Shown: in pieces, positions 52,505 to 64,000 of the stretch
How the letters are laid out: each line of letters starts with the position of its first letter
Position numbering within the stretch: position 1 is the first letter of the stretch
Source: Mytilus trossulus
Taxonomy: Eukaryota
Length of the DNA stretch: 64,000 nt
Assembly: GCF_036588685.1 (NCBI RefSeq)
Contig: NC_086385.1
Span: 36,479,216-36,543,215, forward strand
Direction of reading: 5' to 3'
Translations under genes and position numbers: made by a program
Notes under the pieces: generated by a model
What the model was told of the DNA's origin: nothing
The model's input: the letters and a program-made list of their open reading frames with translations, nothing else
Databases searched by the model: none

Positions 52505-53149
52505 ACTACATATGACAAAAACATGGTCAATAATATTAAGAGCAAAAATTTATCTTCAGTATTTATAAAACGATCATGACTCACAATTAAGAAAAAACTT
52601 AGAGTCAACAAGTGAACAGTTAAGTGAACAGATAGAAAAGAACCTAAAAAAATTTCTCAATCTCGTCAAATCCTATACGATAAAGAAAATGTCACAGCAT
52701 ATAGCATTTGATAACCTATATAATCCATAAAAATACTTTAAAATTGTTTTTTTTTTTAATAAAAATATAAAAATTGCTAATGTATCAGATCCGATGAAAA
52801 ATAAAGTAAAAAGGTCATGCATATAAAAAAACTTTTACTAACAACGCTAACTTCTAAATGGTCTATGTTTAACTCATGTGGCGTTCTACGAAAATATACA
52901 GTTTGGGTGCATTATCTACCATCAAGCGTTTAGTATACAGTTTTTAACAATCCACTTCAATCGGTTATTAGGAAACAATGCAGTTAACCAATGAGAATTT
53001 TCATTTAAAAGAACAAATCTTAAATATCTTAACATAACTTATGAATATTAATAATTTACAAATGTCGATTATTTTTGTTTGATTTTAATTGTTTTTCAGT
53101 TGGGATTTAAGAGGAGGTTACTCTGGAATTGTATATTTTTGTAAGTACC

Positions 53150-55345
53150 CTAAGTCTGATGCTGGGTCCGTTTCTGTGTGTGTTACATTTTAGTGTTATG
53201 TAGTTGTTCTCCTCTTATATTTAATGCGTTTCCCTCGGTTTAAGTAGTTACCCCGATTTTGTTTTTTGTCCATGGAATTTCTCGCTACATTGAAGACCTG
53301 TTGGTGACCTTCTGCTGTTGTTTTTTGTTTTGTCGGCCGGTTGTTGTCTCTTTGACACATTCCCCATTTCCATATTCAATTTCATAATACTGTTGCCTTT
53401 ATTTGCAAATATCTGCATGAATTTTTCTATCTATATAGGAAAAAACCTATGGTGACCCTATCTTTTCTTTTGATATTCTCATTGTCAAAACTGCTATCTT
53501 ATCGTATTTTATTTAATTTACAATTCTGTCATTAGGTTTAGCTTCTATAGTAACATAATGATTTTTTTTGTCATTCATACTCAATACAAAATGTGCAATT
53601 TTGTCATAACCTGAAGCTTGGAAATATTCTCATTGACCTCTCATTTTTATTTTATTTTTGAATATATCATAGATATACTACAGATAATCACATTCTATCA
53701 CCTTAATCATGTTAAGGATGTTCGCTACTCTGTTTAAAAATAACAAGCTTTTTAAATGGCTGTTATAAATTGATAGTATATAAATAAAGAAACTAAAAAA
53801 GCAGAAATAAATGGAGGGTCCGTGTGCTTGTTTTCGAGATAGTATAAGCTATTGAAATTTGGCGCGAAATAATTATCTGTAGATTTTTCATTGACTTAAA
53901 AGAGGGACGAAAGACACCAAAGGGACAGTCAAACTCGTAAATCTAAAACAAACTGACAACGCCATGGCTAAAAATGAAAAAGACAAACAGAAAAACAATA
54001 GTACACATGACACAACATAGAAAACTAAAGAATAAACAACACGAACCCCACCAAAAACTAGGGGTGATCTCAGGTGCTCCGGAAGGGTAAGCAGATCCTG
54101 CTCCACATGCAGCACCCGTCGTGTTGCTTATGTGATTACAAATCCGGCAGATAGTCTAATTCGGTAGGTCAAATTCATGAAAGGGAATGGGATTGTAGTC
54201 ACGACGTAAGGAACATATCCGATACCATTTGTGAAACGGTTATTCCATAACGGTCAACCAACTCGTGATGGCGTCCGTAAAATTTACGAAGGGATGATTT
54301 CAACTTCACCATTTGGAACTCTTGGTTTAATAGCTTCCTTGTGAGCAGTAACCCTCTATCAAGAAAATCATGATAGGAAATGCAAGCACGGGAATATCGT
54401 ATCAATTGGGAGATATATACCCCGTATGCAGGTGCTGCTGGAATGTTGCTACTTAGAAATGGAAAGTTCACAATTGGAAAGCTGAAATCATCTCTTTTGT
54501 CGTAAAGTTTTGTCTTCAACCGACCCTCATTGTCAATTTCTAGATGTAAGTCAAGATATGAAGCCGACTTAACTGTATCTGTAGTATCCTTTATCTCCAA
54601 TTCGATGGGATAGATGCGATCCACATAGTCACCAAATTTTGAATTGTTTAGTGAAAGAACGTCATCTATATAGCGGAAAGTAGAGTTAACATTGGCACTT
54701 TTGTTGTTGCAAAAACTATGAAAAAATGACAAGGATTTTATAAGACTTTGAAATATGTCTTTGTACACGTTATGTAATAAAATTATAAAAAGAAAAGAAG
54801 AGGTTAGTGGGCAAAATTTGTTAATGGCAATATATGGATAAAACAAATTAAAAAAATAGAGGAGCAAACATCCTTACAAAATGCAATAGCACTAAGTCTT
54901 AAAATTTAAGTAAAGATTAGCAAAGAGTTCAAAAGTTAAATGATGAAAATAAATGATTAAGATTTTCAAATAAGAGGTTAGACACTCATAGACGGTGTTC
55001 TGAAAAGGCATACAAGCATACATTTGGAAAATCAAATACTTTGTGAAATAGATCCAATTAACTCTTTTGTGTTTTCTCTTATTTTTGAGATATTGAGATA
55101 AGACGTGGCACGGTACTTGTCTACCACAAATTCATGTATTTGGTTTTGATGTTATATTTGTTATTCTCGTGGTGTTTTTTCTGATGCTTGGTCCGTTTCT
55201 GTGTGTGTGTGATTTGCGTTTCGGTGTTGTGTCGTTGTTCCCTCTTATATTTAATGCGTTTCCCTCGGTTTTAGTTTGTTACCCCGATTTTGTTTTTTGT
55301 CCATGGAGTTCTGAACAGCGGTATACTACTGTTGCCTTTATTTGT
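53150..55345 (+). repeat. Two dispersed copies of a short interspersed repeat (53150-53275 and 55095-55345)
   Basis: Shared GGTCCGTTTCTGTGTGTG...TTTAATGCGTTTCCCTCGGTT...ACCCCGATTTTGTTTTTTGTCCATGGA. Confidence 0.65.
53897..54690 (-). mobile_element. Penelope-like element, 5'-truncated, well preserved
   Basis: Open frame FRYIDDVLSLNN...HHELVDRYGITVSQMVSDMFLTS* followed by a ~300-bp tail. Confidence 0.88.
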
Positions 55346-56960
55346 GTGGGTAAAATAATAAACTATAGACATGAAAAATGTACGGGAAAACACAAAAAAA
55401 ATAGAATAGATATACTGTTTACATGCGTTTTTCAATTTTAAAATGAAGAATTTATCAGAAGACATAGGATGTTGTCTTACCGCAAAAATATGAAGGTCAA
55501 ATGCTTACCATCAATTTCAATCAGCGGTAAGACACCAGCCTACATGTAAAATAAATGTACGTCTTCTGAATAATCTTTCATTTTATAAAGTTGATAGTTA
55601 TATTTGTTTAACTATTTTATTCAACATGAAACCCCGCCACCCTGTTTTTAAAACCAGTATTACTTACCAGAAACTTTGGAAAACGTATAAACAAATGATA
55701 CTGATCTACGATGCATGCTTTTACACTGTATTATTCTCCACTGTGATTGCAATAATAAAAACCATACATCAAACATGTTATATACGTTTCATGTATAAAA
55801 AAAAATGTCTACCATGAAGTAAAAAAGGAAAATAAAGACACTGTTAAGGATAATGATCGAAACGTCTTAAATGATGATTTATTACTTCAATCATTAATTT
55901 GATATACATATATGATTAAAATAAACATTCAAAAATGAAAAATAGATTAAACAATACAATTTATTTTAGGTTTTTAAACATAAACACGATGAAATACATC
56001 TCTCATTGTCTTACGTTGTCCGTTTCTCTCCTTTTTGTGTGTGTGGGGGGGGGGGGGGGGGGGGGGAGGGCAAACGATGATTTAATAACCTCTGGGTATA
56101 TTATTTTCTCATTAACTATTGGAAGTTTTTTTCCCCTAAATGAACACCGTGTACATATATTTCATAGGGATTCGTGCGTGTTTTGACCTTAACATTGACA
56201 TGTTTTTAATCTAGTTCAAATCCTAAACTATAGATCAGTATTAAGAAGTGTGTAAGCCTATCATATGCCTTGATTTTTGGCGCAATTAGCATGATATTAT
56301 TTTGAAAAATATATGCATGAGCTGATGCAATATATGACATACATCATCAGTCTAAATATAGATATGGGTTTTCCAGCATTATTTTTGCGTCTTTATTGTT
56401 AATTGATTGGCAGAATGTCTCTTCAATTTTTTATATACAAAAAGATATTAATAGCATTTATGTAATATGTCCTCCTAATTCAAAATACCAGTCATCGTAT
56501 TTAAGATAAGATGAATTTAATTTTCCAAATTAGGTCCCCAGGGGGGCATATACACACATGACTTATATTATTGTTCAACATACAGTATATTACATCATGA
56601 TAACATTCATAAAATAAACTATTGAAATAAATTCATACAGGTATTGTTTGTTAAATAAAAAATATTTAAGAGTTTCTTCTTCAGAGATGTGGGGAGAGAT
56701 GTGGCAAACTTATGTTTTTTTGGTGTTTTTTTTAAGCATAATTAAATATGTTTTGCTAATAACAAGTGCGTAAGCACTTACTTGTTGTTTCAATGTTTCC
56801 CTTTATTCTACCCAAAACAATGAGCGAATTAAAAATCAAAAAAGCATAAGGTAACATGTTCAAACATTTTTATGCTGAAGAGAAGACTCGAGAGAGACGA
56901 GGTTTATATGTAAACGTTATTTATAGATTGCAAGTGCAAAAAAAGATCTTAATATAGATA

Positions 56961-56970
56961 GGGAATTTCC
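56961..56970 (+). promoter_or_regulatory. Perfect NF-kB consensus site upstream of the GIY-YIG paralog B start codon
   Basis: GGGAATTTCC. The homologous position in a paralog A duplicate reads TGGACTTTCC (9829-9838). Confidence 0.45.
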
Positions 56971-57153
56971 AGTACAAACTGTTTGTCTAGTCTGAAGAGT
57001 TATTTTTAGAAGACAAATACGACTGCGTTATTATGATACAAGCATCTTGCCGGTGTCCTTGAAGCTAAGTATAGTCCCTACCGAAAATTTCCAAATCAAT
57101 TAAAACATCGTTTGTTTAACGTTTCAGCTCATATCTAATTCAAATTTAGAAGG

Positions 57154-60100
57154 ATGAAGACGTCTAAGAAGGTAAGAAAAAAAAATCATTTCAGATATCA
57201 AGACAAATTTTGTCTTGAATTTGCGTATCCGATTTAATAGGTAATCTATCTGGGAAACATTTGTTTTTTTTTGAATTTTAATAACATGTTCTACCGTTAC
57301 TCGTTATTTGAGATTTTAATTAAATAGACAATATACAAGATTTTATTGGCACAAACGCATTTACAATAAATGGTAATGACTCTGAGGGCAATGATCGAAT
57401 GGTAGTAAAATACAAACGATTTTATGATCTTTTTTGTGTGAATACTTAAATCAAGACTTAGAGTATAATGAAAATCTATTGCAATAGATTACTTCTTGCA
57501 TTTAAACAATTTGTTACGAAGGAGAAAGATAGTTATAGTGCCGTGTAAGATTTATTATTTATTATAAGCTTATCTTGTTTAACGCATAATGCGGTTATCA
57601 TTATTATACTTTTTTTCTGTAATTTTCAACATAAAGATTAAATAGAAGTCAGTAAAGGCATAGATGTAATACCCATAGGTGAAAGTAAACACACACACTT
57701 ATTATACTACCATTAACTATCCTTTCCGACACGTTTTTTGAGAATTAAAAACAAAAATAAAGTTAAAAATTGTGTATGTTTTGTATGTCAACAAAAAAAC
57801 ATCGCCTTTTGTAAATCTAATTATGGAATAAATCGAACTAAAGTGCTGCTGGTAGAGAAATGACAGTTTGAGAAACATTGAGAAAACATTGCATACTTTT
57901 AAAATCTCAATAAGTGTTTTATTTGACATTTTGGATCGTAATTGTCGTCAAGGTTTTCCGAAAGCTATTAGGTCTGAAAATTGCAAAATTATCATAGTTT
58001 GACAAAATATACAAAATGGGCTTACTCGTTACTTAAGTAGAGTAAACGCGCGTCTGGCGTATATAATTATAATTCTGGTACCTTTGATAAGTATTTGGAG
58101 CACATTATGAAATAACTTATATTTTTAGCATTAAGCATGTTAAGGCTTTCGAAATAGACACAAGTAACCTTTTTTTTATGTTTTAGGACAAAGATGATAT
58201 TCTATGCCATTTTGTGCAATAACTAAACCTTTTCCTGGTATCTATGATCAGTTTATTTGTTATAGGCATTTGCCTATGTAGAGAATGATGTATTAAATCT
58301 TGTTGTATAGCTAGCTAAACCTGCGACTCGTTAGACAACGATCTTTAAACAAAACAAAGAGACATACAAGGCAAAAATGTCAAACATTTGAGTACAGCAG
58401 TCATAATCTAAGCTACTATAAAAACAAACAAATATTTTACAAACAAACACAAAAAGGCGGATAGACAAAGCACATAAGCAAAAATGAAAGACAAGGATAT
58501 AAAGATTTACCATAACACAAGAACACAATGACGAGAGTACAGAGCCTCGTCAATTGAAACCAAAAACATTTTATTTTTTTCCAACTAGCTCTCATCAAGT
58601 GTTAATGCCGGACAGACCTATTTATGGTTATGAATAAACATATGGAAAGAAGCATGGCTATAGTAATTTACGATTCCTGATCACCAATTTAATCAATTAA
58701 GAACGTTCACTGCTTCACACAAATTACCATTCAAATCGGTTTGTTCGTTAACTAAGGTTCCTAACCATGGTCATATTATGAAATATTGTATTTATTGAGT
58801 CTTGCAATTTCTTTCAGGAAAACCGATGTTTACATTGTAAAAAATCAAACTCCCAATGCAAGAAAAAAAGAGCAGTCTTAAACCAGTTATTAAACAAGGG
58901 ATACAATGCGTCCCTTCTTCGAAAAACGAGGGAGGTGCCAAATTCATACGGCCTTTACCTCATCAGAGCTAATGAAGATGACGAAGTTCTGTATATTGGT
59001 TTTTCCAACACGAGTGTTCGAAAAAGATTAATGGTAATTTTTCGTATTTGACATAATAAAACAATAACTTCTTTATACTAGTTACATGTATCTAACATTA
59101 TTTCGGAGTGCACGTACCATTTAATGATAATGTTCTCACAATTTGTTAGTCTGGTAATCTTTTGATTGAAGTTTTTGCACAAAGATTCTATAATTGTATA
59201 ACAAAATAATCCTTCAACAAATTCTTCGTACACAATGACTAGTCATTTTATTCGTACTGTTCGTTTAAACAACACTAAACAGGTAATAGTTTTTTTTTTT
59301 TTTAAAGTTGATTGAATTTAGCACTAAAGGCAAATCAAATAAGACTTCACTTGTAAGAGTAATAAACGCTACATATTCAAGGTATTTTTTTAATTTCAAG
59401 TAAGTACCGAAGTACTGACCAAATGCGCAGCTGATATCACCATGCACTAGCAGACAAACAATACAGTCAATTCAGTACATGACTACAAAAACATACTTAT
59501 TAAATAAATTAAGACCAGAGTGCTTTTCTACATTCAATTTTCTCAAAATGGTTAAGCGTATGTATTAAAACATACTTTCAATTTAGAGCAGCACCTTATA
59601 CATATTCAAATCAAATTAATACCTTTATGTACAGCCAATACAGGTTTTTTTTTATACGACCCAAAAAAAATTTTGGATCGTATAATGGTATGATTGTTCA
59701 TTGTTGAAAGCCGTACGGTGACCTATAGTTGTTAATGTATGTGTCATTTTGTTCTCTTGTGGATAGTTGTCTTATTGGCAATCATTCCACATCTTCTTTT
59801 TTATATGATGTCGTCGTCTGCGTCGTCCGAAGATATATTGGTTTCCGGATAATAACTGTAATTTTAGTGAATATGTCTTTATGAATTTTTTTCCAATGGT
59901 TCAACACCACAAAAGGAAGGTATGGGTCGATTTTGGGGATGATGGTCCAAACCGTTTAGGATAAGGGGCCCATAAGGGGCCCAAAACAAGCATTTTTCTA
60001 GTTTCAGGATAATAAATTTTGCACAAGTATTTCAATTGCTCTGTAATTAATACACAATGTTTAAAATCACAAGTAGAATGTTTGGATTTATTTTGGGGGT

Positions 60101-61203
60101 TTTGGGGCCAAAGTTAAGGAATTAAGGGCCAAAAAGGGGCAAAAACAAGCATTTTTCTAGTTTCCTGACAGAACTTGTGTGTAATTGCATGGATGTCTCT
60201 GACATTGTACCACAATGTAACATATAACAAAGGGGAGGCTGCGATTAAGTTTTGGATTCATTGCCCAAAATATGTAAGAATTAGGGGCCAATAAAGGGCC
60301 AAAAAGAAGCATGTTTCTAGTTTCCAAACAATTATGACAATAACTTGTGTTTAAGAATGTTAAGTGTATGGATCTGTCTGAAATTGTACTACAAGTTTCA
60401 ATACTACAAAGGAAAGCATGTGATTAAGTTATTACTCCAAGGGGGAATTCAAATAAGTTGTGGGGGGATTTTTTTGACAATTTTTTAAGGATTTCCTTTT
60501 TTTTCAAAATTTTTGAAATTTCGAACTTTGAAAAGTTTCAAGAAGAAATCTTCAATAGCACAGTATTGTGCAATAGATTTGTTAGATCTTTGACCACATT
60601 TATTTTGTGACAAAAACCTATATTATGTCAAATTGTTTGACCACAATCCAAATTCAGACAGTATCACGTTTGAATATTGTGACCAAATTTGCCCCCACTG
60701 TTCAGGGTTCGAACACTTGGGTTGTATGAAACTCTGCCCTGCGGAGCACCTATTTATATTTGTAAATATATTTTAACCACAAGTTTATCAAAGTATAATA
60801 CTTTATAGTTTTTGGATAGTCATTTCTATCAATAAACATATATTCGAATCCCGGCGAGGTAAGAACAAAAAATGAGCGAAAAGCAAATTTACAGATCTAA
60901 CATTGTTGGGTTGATGTTTGGACGAGTTGTATATATATATAAAGAAATTTAAGTAATTTGATGTTAAACCATGTTTATTTGTGTGAATCTTTTTTTTAGG
61001 CCCATACGACTGGATACGACCGACAGAAGATTGGGAAGTTCTTAAACGGCAAGGACTTAAAAGATTATTCAATATCTTGGGTGATAGAAAGAAGAGCAGA
61101 ATGCCTAGAGGAAAAATTTATAGACTTTGTTACAACAGAGCAAGGGTTTCGTCCGATCTTTAATCTTAAAAGGGGAAGATCGTGTGGGTCAAAGGAGGAA
61201 TAA
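57154..61203 (+). CDS. Spliced stand-alone GIY-YIG nuclease gene, paralog B (145 aa): exons 57154-57171, 58818-59033, 61000-61203
   Basis: MKTSKK|ENRCLHCKKSNSQC...VPNSYGLYLIRANEDDEVLYIGFSNTSVRKRLM|AHTTGYDRQKIG...AECLEEKFIDF...RPIFNLKRGRSCGSKEE*. Donors GTAAGA (57172) and GTAATT (59034); acceptors TTTCAG (58817) and TTTTAG (60999). About 93/145 residues identical to paralog A by manual count, with no indels. Confidence 0.85.
59645..60750 (+). mobile_element. HINE-like element in intron 2 of GIY-YIG paralog B, with a nested SINE-like fragment (~59695-59806)
   Basis: TTTATACGACC start, CGT repeats, tandem units, and GCCCTGCGGAGCAC end. Confidence 0.78.
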
Positions 61204-62409
61204 ATACATATACATTATAATCTTTTAGAGTATTTGCAATATTTTACCTTAACTAATTTATAAAATGTCAAATAAAATATATCTATTGACCTATATGATG
61301 ACTTGTTATTCTTAACCTTTATTTTAACTTTTCTTGCATTCACAGTATTTAACAATTTCTCTTGACATTCTACGGGTTTTTTTTAAATTTAACTAGTATT
61401 TCAAATTTTAAAAAGAGGAGATGGGCAGGATTGCCAACGAAACAACTTTAACATACACTAATGATGCGAAAAATAACAGGTCATCAAATGGCTGTTAACA
61501 CTAGGGAAAAGGACACTTGATTGAATACAAGAAATTCCATTTTGTAATATTGTTTGGTAGTGATGTGCACACTAGAGTTGACAAAATACTGAACTGGCTA
61601 GGCATCCACGCTTACAGTTTTTCCATTTAATAATTACCACAACCCTTATCCTACGGCAACAGTACATCTTAGGGACGACATCTTAAGTTCAATGTGGAAT
61701 AATAAAAAAAAAATTCACATAGTTTTCCCCCACCTTCTCTGAACTCAATTTGGAAAATTTGATTGAACTATATAGAGATATATGTAAAATCGATTTTGGA
61801 TTAACACAAATTTTACCTTGAGTAAGCTTACCAAAGATATTTTCAAATGTAATTTCCATTCAACATTCCACATGCTAAATTTTCTATGGGTTTGAAATAA
61901 ACATAAACTTAGAATACAGTTTCAAATAAATTTCACAGTTTGCAAGGCCATCAATCTAAAATAAACCATCTTACATAGGGTTGTTTGCTATCATATTAAA
62001 CTGGTTAGAGCTGTTTGCGATTCAATAAATAACTTTTGAATACCTTCATTGATGTTATAAATATAAAAAAATATTAAGTCTTCCCACATACATACTGATA
62101 CATCATTCGCTCGACCAATCTTAGTCTGTTCTAACTAATGAACATGCGGAAAAAAAGACACGAACAAATAATGCAAGATGCCTACTCCTCAAGCCCAGTT
62201 AACTGGACAGAATTCAAAATTTATATAATTCGAGTTTCTGACAATTGTTCACTGGAAGGTGTAATTATTATCTTCAAAGTATGTCTTATGTAAATCAACA
62301 GAACAAAGATTTCGACTAAATAAGACACATCAGCATTGTGTGTAAACAGTTAGAGGTTTAATCCAATAACGAGTAAGTAAAGCCTGTCAGCTGTATACAA
62401 TGTTATATA

Positions 62410-63078
62410 CAGTCTGTGACTGGCATTGCACAAGGTCATGTTTTTCTCTGACTGTTTATGATGTCTTTACGCTAAATCCAATGGATTTCCGATGTGTACG
62501 GATTGATATTTTAGTCTTAAATGTATTATTTTTTTATTAGTTGTTAGTGGCTTTGAACTAGCTGTCAGATACCTGCGAGTACTCTCAGATCTGTTCATAG
62601 TGTCTCTTTGTTGTCGGGATGTACAAGTACCCGTCCACGTCCACTTGCATTTTTGTCCATCTGATAAGTTAAGCCTTTTTCAACTGATTTTTATAGTTCG
62701 TTCTTATGTTGTACTGTTATACCACTGTCCCAGGTTAGGGTAGGGTTGGGATCCCGCTAATATGTTTAACCCCGCCACGATATTTTTGTATGTGCCTGAC
62801 CCAAAGCAGGAGCCAGTAATTCAGTGGCTGTTGTTTGTTTTTGTGTTACATATTTGTTTTTCGTTCATTTTTTTTATTTAAATCAGGCCGTTTGTATTCT
62901 CGTTTGAATTGTTTTATAATGTCATATCGGGGCCTTTTACAACTGATTATGCGGTATTGGCCTTGCTCATTGCTCATTGTTGAAGACCGTACGGTGACCT
63001 ATAGTTAATGTATGTGTCATTTTGGTCTCTTGTAGACAGTTGTCTCATTGGCATCACACCACATCTTCTTTTTTTATA
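62410..63078 (+). repeat. SINE-like composite repeat
   Basis: Nin-like core TTTAACCCCGCCAC..TGTGCCTG..CAGGAG. The tail CCGTACGGTGACCTATAGTT...CACATCTTCTTTTT also occurs at 59695 and, degenerate, at ~15990 and ~40520. Confidence 0.6.
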
Positions 63079-63279
63079 TTCAAATAGTATTAACATTTTT
63101 GAGAGTGCATTTCTAAACATATCAAGGATATATATTATTAGCTCTGGACCACTGGTTACTGGACTAAGGAACTTAGGGTCTTTAACATCTTCCACAACTA
63201 TTGTTTCATTTTCATTCTTCTGACTTTATATGGAACACTATTTATGAGTACAGACCATATTGTCATTTGCAATTTTTGT

Positions 63280-64000
63280 TGAAACAAGTTTGGATTGTTT
63301 GGCGTGAATCAGATGTGGATACTTAAAAATTACAAAGATCTTTTAGAGTAAATACAATCTAACTCTCTTTCATCTTGTGATAGTATTAAAACATTTGACC
63401 TTTTCTACTCTTTACACAAGAATTCCACATTCCAAACTAAAAGACAAATTGAAGGAGTTGGTATTGCTTTGCCTCATAAAAAAGAATTGCCAAATAGATA
63501 CAAGTATCTTGTCCTAGGGAGGAATATATCCTACTTTGTAAAGGATCACTCTGATTCAATAAAAAATTCTCTGAAACTGATATTATCAAGATGCTTGATT
63601 TCTTGATTGACAATGTCACGTTCGAAGGACGTGTTTTTCAACAGACTGTCGGCATTCCAATGGGAACAAATCGTGCCCCTCTACTTGCCGACTTGTTTCT
63701 TTATCATTATGAGGCCTACTTCATGCAGGAACTTCTTAGGAAGGGGTTAAGAAATAAGCGATATCCTTTAACTCTACTTTCCGCTATATAGATGATGTTC
63801 TTTCACTAAATAATTCAAAATTTGGTGACGATATGGAACGCATACATACCATCCAACTAGAAATACAGTATACTAAAGTTACAGTTAAGTCGGCCTCATA
63901 TCTTGACTTTCATCTAGAAATTTACAATGAGGGTCGGTTGAAAACAAAACTTTACGACAAAAGAGATGATTTCAGCTTTCCAATTGTGAACTTTTCATTT
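63280..64000 (+). mobile_element. Penelope-like RT fragment (runs off the window)
   Basis: MWILKN, FDxSTLYT.IPH, QQTVGIPMGTNRAPLLADLFL, RYIDDVLSLNN. Confidence 0.85.

Noticed and set aside
54691-54867. Hydrophobic N-terminus of the 222-aa RT ORF
   Set aside because: It is AT-rich flanking DNA read in frame past the 5' truncation point of the element.

Overview
AT-rich eukaryotic (animal) genomic DNA. The repeat families and gene family look like a bivalve, most likely a Mytilus mussel (inference). The window holds a minus-strand tandem cluster of five RING-less TRIM-like genes (B-box1, B-box2, coiled coil, NHL-like beta-propeller): two intact, one with a C-terminal frameshift, two pseudogenes. 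The ORF track misses two paralogous, three-exon, plus-strand genes (8134-15104 and 57154-61203). Each encodes a 145-aa stand-alone GIY-YIG nuclease with all catalytic residues intact, and each lies head-to-head with a TRIM-like gene. This duplicated TRIM/GIY-YIG pairing, with NF-kB-like motifs nearby, is the best candidate for an undescribed system, possibly innate-immune. The rest is mobile DNA: a full-length BEL/Pao LTR retrotransposon, a decayed Pif1-helicase/PHD plus P-type transposase block, many Penelope-like RT fragments, hammerhead-ribozyme repeats, Helentron-like non-autonomous elements, MITEs and SINE-like fragments. All calls were made by eye with no database searches.
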